This document shows positions 18,801 to 28,300 of a stretch of 64,000 nucleotides of DNA, one piece after another. The stretch lies in IMG/VR virus record IMGVR_UViG_2529292751_000006, positions 56,786-120,785 of that record; one strand, written 5' to 3'. Position 1 is the first letter of the stretch. Every line of letters starts with the position of its first letter. The notes under the pieces were generated by a model. That model was not told where the DNA came from. It did no database searches and saw nothing but the letters and a program-made list of their open reading frames with translations. This DNA is from a virus (Duplodnaviria; Caudoviricetes). Position numbers and translations under genes: made by a program.

Positions 18801-21800
18801 CTTATCGAATAAGCCAATATTAATACCTGGCTCATCTGCTTGCCCGATGCCAAACGCATCCTTAATTTTATTCCACCAGCCATCATGTTCTTCATTTGTT
18901 AATCCAGTAGTTTGATAGATATTCATATTGATTTCACCAACTGTTCGGCTATCTTTTCCAAACGTTGCTCCACCAATAAATCCACCGGCGACACCTCCAA
19001 TAGCTGCGCCAATTGGTCCCCCAATTAGAAATCCTCCAGAAGCTCCTACTGCTGCTCCGCCAAAGAATCCTCCGAGTTCACCCCATCCTTGCGGAGCTTG
19101 CTGATGTCCAAAATGCATAATACCTAAACTATGATTTTGAAATTCATCATTAGATAAACCTGCCCAAAGGTTAGCAAAAAATCCTTTTGAATCAGTTAAT
19201 AACTCATCTACAATTTCTGTTGGCTCTTGCTTAGAAAATAAAAATCCGCCTTCAGTGGTTTCATTCACATCTGCTCTAATTTTATTTGTTAATTCAATAC
19301 CATCATCTTGCGCAATCACTGTAATAGAAACCCCATTATTTTGAATAGAAGTTATTGTTCCATTCATAATCGTAGGCATACTCATAGGGTTTGAACCATA
19401 TCCCATTCTGAAATGAATACGTGTACCTGTGCGTAGCATAATACTTTTATAATAATTTGCATTCCTATGACGAGAACGCTCTGCTTCTTTCGCTACAGCA
19501 CCAGGCATAGTTAGCATTTTAAAGACTTCACCCATACCGGTGTTTGTTAAATCCATTGCTTTTTCAGAATCATCTAACGTACCGTATATATTGCACATCT
19601 CTATCGCTAATGTACTAGAAGCTTCTTTTCTACTGTTTGTATAAGTAATATCCATAACAGCTTGATAGTTAAAGAACTGATCTGACATTTTAACAGACCC
19701 CATATATTTCCCTTCATCAATAAATGTAAGGAAGAATGTAGGAAATGCTCTTACTAACCTTCCACGCATATCATATTTCACCATGTCGTGTAACATGCCT
19801 GTATGTATTCGGTTATCGTCTTTGAAGTCACTTTCTTTCATGTTTTGTTCTGGTTTTTTTGCATTTGGACCTGTGGTTTTAAAATCTTTCACAGGCAAGC
19901 CTTTTGTTTTTTCTTTAATTGTTTGATCAGACCATTCTTGATTATTAGAAGATGAATTCAACACTTTATTAATAATATCGATAACTTCTCTAGGTGGTCG
20001 TTTATTATCTTTTAATAAATCAACATATTCTCGATCATAACCAAGATATAACATAATCACTCCAGCAAAGCGTACCTTTTGTTGGTCCCAACCATTATTG
20101 GCATTCAATCCAAAGCAAGCATATACATTTTCTTCGTTATACACTTTCTTATCACTGGCATTTGACTTGGCAAGCATTTGATTTAGTTCAGTGTAATATT
20201 GAGACATCTTACGTACACCTTGTTCAACATTATATTCAATATTTTTACCAAGTAAATTTACATTAGAACCATACATCTTTCTGACTTTCATTATCCCAAT
20301 GTATTCTCCATCTATAGAGCCATCGTTATTTACATAGTATTTAAAGTTTTTATTCATCATAGTAGGAGAACTTGTTTTGCTATTTACTACTTTATCTTGC
20401 TTTGTATTTGTTCCTACATCATAGAATTGTTTTAATTCAGAATCTAGAGCCTTAGCAAATGCAACTGTAAAGTTTTGATTAATATTAAACTGTTGTGATT
20501 TTTCCCTAATAAGAGCTTCTGCTTGAGCTACAGAAAGTTTACTTTTATCAACAAGTTCTTCTGGAATAGCGCTATAACTAACTTTATTCTTACCTACTGC
20601 ATCTTCATATTCTTTCCTGCTATTCTTTAACTCTTCAGATGTAATGTCATTTACTTTCTCAATATTACCACCATTAATGCTTGCTTCTCCGCCTTTACCA
20701 TCCCTTAATACTGTTTGATAATTTTGTTGTGCTGCATTAACCAAGTCCTCAAAGAATAACGTCCCTTTTTTATATGTAATAAAAAAGTCAGGATCTACAA
20801 ACACACCGTTATTATAATTTTCTACTTTAAAGCCAGCTTCTTCAACTTCTCCATAAGTAGGGAGCTCTAAATCAGGATATACTTCAGCTGCTGCAAAGAA
20901 CTTACGTACAGCTTCTTCATAAACAGCTTGCTTTTCTGCATCCGCTTGAACGTTAGAACCTCCAAGGAATGATTTCAGTCCAGTCCATGCTTCTTTTGCT
21001 GCGGGTCGATCAGCAACGAATTGAGCCCATCTATTTAGTGGATTATCACCTATTCCATCCTCAAACATAGTAGCTGGGTTTAAGCTTGTCAGAAGACTCA
21101 AGATCCCTTGGTTTTCATATTGATTTATATCCCACTTTGCAGTTTCAGATAACCACTTCACTTCATTCATTTTACGTTCTGCTCGATTGTATGCAATCAT
21201 TGTCAAAGTGACCTCAAATACACCTGGCATTCCTTGCACAGTATTTGTTTGCATGTCTTCGATTGTTATATTTTTTATGCCAAATAATCTTGCGAGTTGA
21301 CTATCAAACTCAAGGAAACCATTTGCCATTTCTTTGTGATATGTGCGAATCAGATAAGATGATCTTCTTATTAACGATTCTAAGCTTGCAATAGATTCCA
21401 TGTCATGAGTAGTAAACCTTGCCATGATTATTGTATCTTGAGAACCCATATACTGATGGGTAGGAGATTCATCATGTTGTAATTGAGCGGCAGTAATTGT
21501 GTTTTCAAACCCTATAGATAAATCTGTTAGCGTTAAATTGGGTATATCCCATTCTTCATAGCCTACATCATATTCAAACATAGCTTTTTCATAAGTAGCA
21601 TCTAAATCTTTATTGAATTGCTCCTCTAGCCCCTCTGCACCCCAAAAATCTTCTTTCTTTCCTTCGATATATTTCTTAATCATCTTTTTCTTATCAGAAT
21701 TCCACTTTTTCATATAAACCAAATCATCTTCAGCAGCTATTCTAAATTTAAAATTATTATCTAGCTCTTTATATAATGGCTCATAATAAGAGCGGAATGA

Positions 21801-22310
21801 TTTTGCATTCTGAGGATTTAGGTTTCTTTGATAATGCCATCTAAATAATGGCCAATCAAACATCTCATCGTATGTTCTATCCTCATCATCCGCAATATAT
21901 GAATAAGGCTCAAATGAATATAATTGTATTTGAGCTTGTAAAGTTTGCGGGAATCCTGGTGTTGTTTGAACTGTTACTCCAGATACAGTAACAGCATCAA
22001 TCTTATGAATATCGTTTAAGTAAGTATTCTCTATCGGTAAAAATGGACACTTTTTTATTTGAGACAGTAAAGGTCTAAGCTCTTCATTCATATTATCTTT
22101 ATCAGGGAAAAACAGAGTGACTTCAATCACTCTGTCAAAATACCCCGATTCTTTAGGTAAGCTATTTCTAGCACGTAGAATCTTTACACGTTCATTCTTC
22201 ATTTGACGATGTATACTAATTGCGGTAGGTGGTACAAAGAATGCTGTATCCCCTATACGCAAATGATGTTCAAGTAAGCTCCCATAAGGAGTTCTCTGCG
22301 CAACTGGCAT
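15891..22310 (-). CDS. Giant baseplate hub / tail-associated peptidoglycan hydrolase (lysozyme-like and M15-type peptidase domains)
   Basis: Hub-like RIHFRMGYGSN..GTI..VIAQDDG; lysozyme-like MQESGG..DVMQSSES..QSYNFG; C-terminal ITSGWR..H..GWAAD..HLH. Confidence 0.8.
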   Translation of the reverse strand: MPVAQRTPYGSLLEHHLRIGDTAFFVPPTAISIHRQMKNERVKILRARNSLPKESGYFDRVIEVTLFFPDKDNMNEELRPLLSQIKKCPFLPIENTYLNDIHKIDAVTVSGVTVQTTPGFPQTLQAQIQLYSFEPYSYIADDEDRTYDEMFDWPLFRWHYQRNLNPQNAKSFRSYYEPLYKELDNNFKFRIAAEDDLVYMKKWNSDKKKMIKKYIEGKKEDFWGAEGLEEQFNKDLDATYEKAMFEYDVGYEEWDIPNLTLTDLSIGFENTITAAQLQHDESPTHQYMGSQDTIIMARFTTHDMESIASLESLIRRSSYLIRTYHKEMANGFLEFDSQLARLFGIKNITIEDMQTNTVQGMPGVFEVTLTMIAYNRAERKMNEVKWLSETAKWDINQYENQGILSLLTSLNPATMFEDGIGDNPLNRWAQFVADRPAAKEAWTGLKSFLGGSNVQADAEKQAVYEEAVRKFFAAAEVYPDLELPTYGEVEEAGFKVENYNNGVFVDPDFFITYKKGTLFFEDLVNAAQQNYQTVLRDGKGGEASINGGNIEKVNDITSEELKNSRKEYEDAVGKNKVSYSAIPEELVDKSKLSVAQAEALIREKSQQFNINQNFTVAFAKALDSELKQFYDVGTNTKQDKVVNSKTSSPTMMNKNFKYYVNNDGSIDGEYIGIMKVRKMYGSNVNLLGKNIEYNVEQGVRKMSQYYTELNQMLAKSNASDKKVYNEENVYACFGLNANNGWDQQKVRFAGVIMLYLGYDREYVDLLKDNKRPPREVIDIINKVLNSSSNNQEWSDQTIKEKTKGLPVKDFKTTGPNAKKPEQNMKESDFKDDNRIHTGMLHDMVKYDMRGRLVRAFPTFFLTFIDEGKYMGSVKMSDQFFNYQAVMDITYTNSRKEASSTLAIEMCNIYGTLDDSEKAMDLTNTGMGEVFKMLTMPGAVAKEAERSRHRNANYYKSIMLRTGTRIHFRMGYGSNPMSMPTIMNGTITSIQNNGVSITVIAQDDGIELTNKIRADVNETTEGGFLFSKQEPTEIVDELLTDSKGFFANLWAGLSNDEFQNHSLGIMHFGHQQAPQGWGELGGFFGGAAVGASGGFLIGGPIGAAIGGVAGGFIGGATFGKDSRTVGEINMNIYQTTGLTNEEHDGWWNKIKDAFGIGQADEPGINIGLFDKTVWDVLNICAAVGDDHIVAVHPFGFRNTIFSGKPYFPLHYDYTVDGEEVKGTALKPFRQFHVYDSATSIIDNSIETTEDNMYTVAVGVYMNEGEMDTTSPVFVDTNIWPEKQRVVNIDTTMNAQGIRMVQNIPLIGGLLNKLPKWYYDEGVAIKITAAGLRDYVKDMYDGYLTVMGDPSVKPFDQMWINDEFNSMAGPAEIKEVTQIMNHEQGYITLIKPDVVVVNTDRRAMTLLASAQALAGSALIAHTLRKKLRTSKYAGHLPIMNALWSSTKNRFDKMKERFNTSKLGQKFQDRVTGGKAPNGKEIAAADELRKGGVSSKDIARWSKNGLLEQLAKLTGEEGSNNLKNIFQNSKEFGYNSFKNVKMKAKGSTLIAKGSKSIGKVLKGGRGVVTALWTGAHIMAGPVGWLGLAIEALGVHIISSTIGEFIERWLFMRQACLISPLHKSGLEYTAGINGHKGSVIGDAPDIWKQLMTNDVSAFLLGFIGVDAWQFRNDDLQDQMGMKSDGPTEQPIDLNKMASSFYNTFRKQVPAFEKLTELYDKDRKAALEQINKRLELLGKRETKATYEEEKTTWEDWKNKIKNKITGWFKDLWDKVTSFFGNKDDGTCIPEGDVPTDGKAKGLSKYFDVIGPKIEAEAKVQGIGSYAEILKALTMQESGGNYHKLPDVMQSSESMGKPIGYIKNVDASIKQGVTHFKNQLARAKGDIKLVLQSYNFGGGFIDYCISRGGKYTYELAYSFSESMVKKVGRISRIPPGYGDSKYVERVLRYYDGNLPAGACKGGGAVGEGSGGASSCPLVTGKEGKSKYHLGSGGAPDVIDLHNLSGRNFGLTIVGGGGTSKVRKATGELLIEVAKLYKAATGDSFNITSGWRPGDNQWHGTGWAADLDTPNTMKVINGKMRFPNGTDKEKARKLAECCLKAGFRGLVFGDWDIIQEMNGKYGESAMQYDPKGHWNHLHCSYPLCKK

Positions 22311-22321
22311 AATCGTTCCTC

Positions 22322-25300
22322 CTAAACATTTTGTTGTACTTTATCTCTATACCAAATACGATTTAATTTTTGTGTATTATCATTATGATTCACTGTGATT
22401 CGTGTTGGTCCAGCGCTCATGCCTGTGTCCCTCATGCCTTGTGCAACCATATGAGACATTTGTTCTTTGTCCATGTTATTTCCGGATGCTTGAATACTAA
22501 TAGATGCATTTTGACTTGAATAACTGTCATTTGGCATTGCTATTGCTGGCACAGGTTCCTGTTTTCTTGATCCAGAATCTTTTACCTTTGAATCATCGTA
22601 ATGCATTACAGGTTTTTCGCTACTAAGAATATTGTACGATGTTATGCCACCTAGAGCAAGTGCACCGCCCATGAACATTGCCTTTTTGGGACTCATGTTT
22701 TTTACTTTATCTAGTAAGCCACTAGCCTTCTCAGAAGCTTGTGTTACAGCACCTGAAACCCCTTCACTAGCTGCGTTTCGCATCTTATTGACAAAGGATT
22801 TCTTATTTTCATTTCTTTGTTGCATTGGAGTTCGATTTAACTCTGAAACATCTGTCATACCTGCTTGAGCACCATCTGGTAGTTCTATATTTTGATGCTT
22901 ATAAAACATACCAAGCCCAGAATTAGAAGTAATCAATTCATCGGATGCTACATTGCCATGCATAATATCTAAAAGCTTTTGAATACCCATATCAGAAGAT
23001 AAACCTGTACTAGTACCTAATTTAAATCCATCAGATCGCAATCCTTTTTTCAGATTATTTAAAGCCATTGGAAGTTCTTCTGACACTTCATTTAAAAAGA
23101 AATCTTTGGCGAATTTGCCATCAAAGTAATCCTGATCAATGGATTTCGCTAAATTCCAGTTACTATTATAAATTGCATCTATCATTTCTAGTCCAGCTGG
23201 CTTTGCTCCGTGCTTTGCATCAATTAACTTTTGCTCTAAGCCACGACCAAATTCTTTTATCTTTTCATTAGCAGGTACATTATGACTAAACTCTTGATCT
23301 GCAACCTGTCGAAGGAATAAGTTTAAGTTAGATGCTCGTCCGATTGTCATTTTACCAATCTTGGAAGCTGTTTCTTCAGATGTATTAACAAGAGGCTTTC
23401 CAATATGCCCTGTGCCATCATCAGCTACACTTTGTAAACTCGGGCCGCTATATCGTCGCTCAGACAATGGATCATTAAGTCTTTCTCTTTCAGATACTAG
23501 TCTTTCGTTTTCTTTTCTTTCATGCTCACTCCATCTTCTTTCAAATTCAGTTTCTACCCGATTATGCGCCTGTTCCCATTCTTTTTGTACAGCTTTATCA
23601 TCTATAACTGCAATATGAGAATAGTCACCATCAGAGTCTGCATTCTGTAGCATAGAAGAAAATGAGGTTGTATGAATTTCACCAGGTTTTACATCATCAC
23701 TCATAATTAGTTTTGTAAATTGCATAGCTCCATCATGGAATGTTGGATAACGAACGTTAGCAGTATACATATGCTTACCTGCTTCTAACCTTTCTTCTAA
23801 TCCCATTCTTTGAGCCATGTCTTTTGAAATTGCAGTATATTGCCCTTCGCCATAGGTTTCTTGCAATTTCATTGTTGTATTTAAATCCATTAATTTAAAC
23901 AAACCAGATGCAGAAGTGCTCATATTTGCTTTATACACTCCATCAAATAACATACCTTTGGAGGAAGTTAATTCTTTAAAAGAATGATCTACATATCGAC
24001 TTACTGCCCCTTGTAGTTGACCATGAAATTGTTTCGCTTCTTCTATTGATGTAGCTTTTGTAACAGCATCCGCTTTTTTATAAATATTTGCGATATGATT
24101 TTGTAATTCTCGCAAATGCACATCACCATTAGTAGCATCTAGATTTGTAAACGGAATAAATATCTTATCAATCTCTTTAGGTGTATTTTTACCATTAAGG
24201 TTAACCGTGATTTTCTGATTTTGACCATCATTACGCTTAACAGAAGGAAGCTCTAGCCAATATCCATGTTTATTTTTCAGTTCTGGACTTCCATATTTTT
24301 CAGCTAAACTTTCTACTTTATTTTGACTAAATACCGTACCTCCATATAAAGCTTTATCTTTATATTGTTCTGGTAAGGAGTCAAATTCATTTGCTGATAT
24401 CCCTTTGAATGATAGTTGGTCTTCTTTTCCAAGCTGACCTAAAGAGTGAATTAAATTTTGGGATTCAGTTAATTTACCTTCATTTTTCATCATCTCTTGA
24501 TAGACATGCTCAAATGTTTTTTCCATCCCTCGACCTTTTAAAACGCCCATTTCTCGATGGCCCCACTTAACACCATCATATGAACCGTGAATCGGTTGAT
24601 TATGTTCATCAAATCCTAATACTGCTCTGCCAGAAGAATCTGTAGCTTTGCTGTAGTTCTCTACTTTTGACATGATTCCTTCTAAAATACCAATTCGAAC
24701 ACCTTCACGATTATGTAATCCGTATCGATTATTCTGCATACTAGTTACATTTTCAACATTAAATCCTTTTGATTGTAAATCTGAAAAGACCTTCTCAAAA
24801 GCATTTGTTTCTATTTTTGAATTTGAGCTATTATCAATAAATGCATTAATTCGGTCATCCCAAGCAAGACCGATATTTCCACTTTCAATAATATTGATTG
24901 CATTTTTTCGTTGGTTATTTTTCTTCATACCACCAACGTAATCTGATAATATTCGTGCTTCCCCTGACATCAACATACCAAAGTCCTTATGTTTTGCGAC
25001 ATCTGGATTAACAATTGCTACAATATCTTTAGCACCTGCTACAGCTTCAATAAGTCTTCTATCCGCATTTGTGTCGGTCATCTTTTCCCCAGATAACATA
25101 AGTTTAAAAGCATTTGTCTTATGCTGAAGAATAATATCTTTATTACCTTGAATTCCATCAACAATCTTAGTATCATGAGTCCCTTCATAGCGAATAGCTT
25201 CTCTGTATCCATTGTCATGTATGCGATAACCTAATGTATCCCCAGGCTTTACTGTTTGATTTAACTCAGCACCTTGAAAATCCTCATGCCATTCAAATTG

Positions 25301-28300
25301 CTTACCTTTTTCAAAGCGCTTCTCTCCATTTACTTTTAATATCTCTGCAACATCGTCAGCCAATATTCCTTGTTGCTCATATAAGCGTGGAAGTTTTAAA
25401 TAGTTAATTGAGCCATCTGTGGTTATATATCCTAGCTCTTTTAATAGATTATTTCCTTGCTTATTTTCAAACATCTCATGAATACGACCCATGAAGTCCT
25501 CTTGTGTCATATAAGCAGTTTTCATATTGATGCTTACCTTATTTGTGTTGTTTAGATTATACTCGTATTCTCTTTGCCTTGGGGTTAGTAAAAGTCTTCT
25601 GCGATCTATTCCTTCATATTTCCCTGATGCAAGATGCCCTTCTAGTTCTTTATCAATTAAATGAGCATTCATCGCTTGTACAGAGTTACCTCGGCCATGA
25701 TTGAAGAAATGACCATATGGTGTCACTTCACGGATATCTTGTAAAGACAATATCCCTTTTTCTACATGTGAATCTTTTAATCCAGAAGTATATAAATTTA
25801 CCCCGAGTTTTTCTTGTGACCATTGTGGCATAAGCTGTAGCATTTCATAGGTTTTAGCCATTTTAATATCATCAAAGGATACGCCTGAACGGAGGACTTT
25901 CTCTCCTCTAGCATTTGTAGTAAAGACATCTTCATAGAAATCCTTATCATTTAATTTTATTAGATTCTTACCATTTTGATATCCATTATGATAAAGGTCT
26001 TCAATCATAGCATTTGCCATTTTCACGTGTGATTGCTTTAAGTTATCTGATTGGTTATTTGCAAAAACATACGTATCATTTGCACCTAAGTCCATGCTTC
26101 TTGAAATACCTGACATACTTTCAGTTTCATTTCTTAGTGTTCGCCTAGCTCTTTTATTGGCTTCTTCATAATTGCCATCATTAGCCGCATCCATAATGTG
26201 AGACATTTTTTTAGCATAGCCTTGAGCAATTTTTTCAGCACTAGATATCATTTTGACATTCTTTCCATCCAATACTGCATAACTATGAGCGTTTAATGTT
26301 AATCCATCTATCTTATGAGTGCCATTGTCACTAATCAATGGCATTGTAAGTTCTAGTGCATTTGTCGGCTTAACCCCACGATGCAATTGATTTTGTACGC
26401 TTGTACTATAAGTATTATCATATACAAATAGTTTCATTACTTCGTTTGGATCCATAGCCATAGTAATACTCTTTGTTGGGTCGTTCTTTTTTACACTAGC
26501 AATAATAGTCTCTAATGCTTGCAAATTATTTGGGCGCAATCTAGAAAATCTCTCTCTATCAAGTATTTCTATAGATTTTGCAAGTTGCTCGCTTAACTCT
26601 AATTTCTTCCCCTTTATAGCTTTGTCATGAAATGATAGGACTACATTTTCAGTATCCTGAATTGCTTGTTTAATAATTTCATTGTTTTCTAATAAGCTGA
26701 GCTTCTTTATATTTTCATTTCCGTTCATTGAGGGAACTGTCATTTCTTGTTCATATTTTCCATAGTTTCGTTTACGCATATCTATTGCCATTTCACCGGC
26801 AGTCGCCCACGGAGAACCAGAACCCGTAATCAATTTTCTGTAAGTACCGCTTTGCTTTGTGTCTATTTTCCCTTGAGACTCCAAGTTATTTACTAAGTTA
26901 ACTAACCGTTCTTTAATTAAAGCTTGTCTATTATCGCCTTCCCCTACTCCTCTTTTTGCATATCCGTAAATATTGCTACGTGCTGAATCTATAGTTTCAA
27001 AATTAATAGAGCGACTATCATTTACTTCAGCATCATAGAACGATAATTTATGCATTTCAAAATCTTTCAGTTTCCTAGCTTCTTCTGGTGACTCTACCCT
27101 ATTAGAAATCAATTGTTGATAGGTCATTAAAGCTCGATCTCTTTTTTGATTTATTCCTCTTAATGCTGCCTGTCTTTCCTTCATATTTGTCTTATTTGCT
27201 GCACGTTGAATATCTGAAGAAAATGCTTCATCAATTTTTTTTACGGTTTCATCCAAGTATGGTAGTTCATCTATTAATCTCTTATGCATTTTAAAGAAAG
27301 CATCTTTTTCCGATTCATTGAATACATATTGCTTTTTCTCATCATCCCATAAACTATGAAAATCCATTTTTTTCATAAGATTATCTGTTGTAACAGTTCG
27401 TGATATTTCCTTCTTAGCTTGATTTCTGCTATAACCCTGCTGAATCAATGCTTCTATTTTTTCAGAGCGATTCTTTCCTGATCCTTCTAAATACTCTTGC
27501 ATAATTTTTGCGTTCTCAAGCATTCGTTTTAAACCAGAAAAACCTTTTGTTCCTCTTTCTGATGTTTCACCATTAATAATATTTAATCCTTTTCCTGCTC
27601 CGTCTAAGCTGAAGAAACTATCATATTTTCTTCGTGCACGATCAGACGTGATATGATGCTTAATTTCTCTCTGCTTTTCGGCATTAATATTATCCCACGC
27701 ATAAAATCGACTTTGAACAAAGTCTTGTAGTTCAGAAAAAGCATTCTCCCCTTTTCTTACAATATAGGAGTATTCATTTTTTTCTGGCTCGAAAAATCGA
27801 AAAGCTAATTTCTTCTCATTCTCATCACTCATATCATGCACACCTGCAAACTGATAGAAGGATTTCGAATTAATTACTGTCTTATTGAATCCATTTGATT
27901 TGTTAACAATGTTTCCTTCTTCATCAAACCCAACTTTAAATGATTCATCGCCATCTCGGTATGCCTGTACACCACCTGATGTAAATAAAACTTGTCCATT
28001 TCTCAATTCTGCATCATTCCATGTCATCTTTGTTTCATGGAATTTAAATCCTTGTCCTGGTAGAGCGTGAGCAGACTCGAATTCATTCAAAATGTGCTTT
28101 CTAGATTTTGCAATTAATTCAGCTGTAGAATCTGTATCTACCGTGGCATTGTGAGCCGAATCCTGTGTATCGCTTCCCAATACATGTCGATATGCTGCTA
28201 ATTTATCTTTTCCATATGGATTTAATTCAGGATTATATTCTGGATTCATCTGCTTTTTTAATTCGTTCGAATCCATATAGGCTGTTCGAATTACGTTAAG

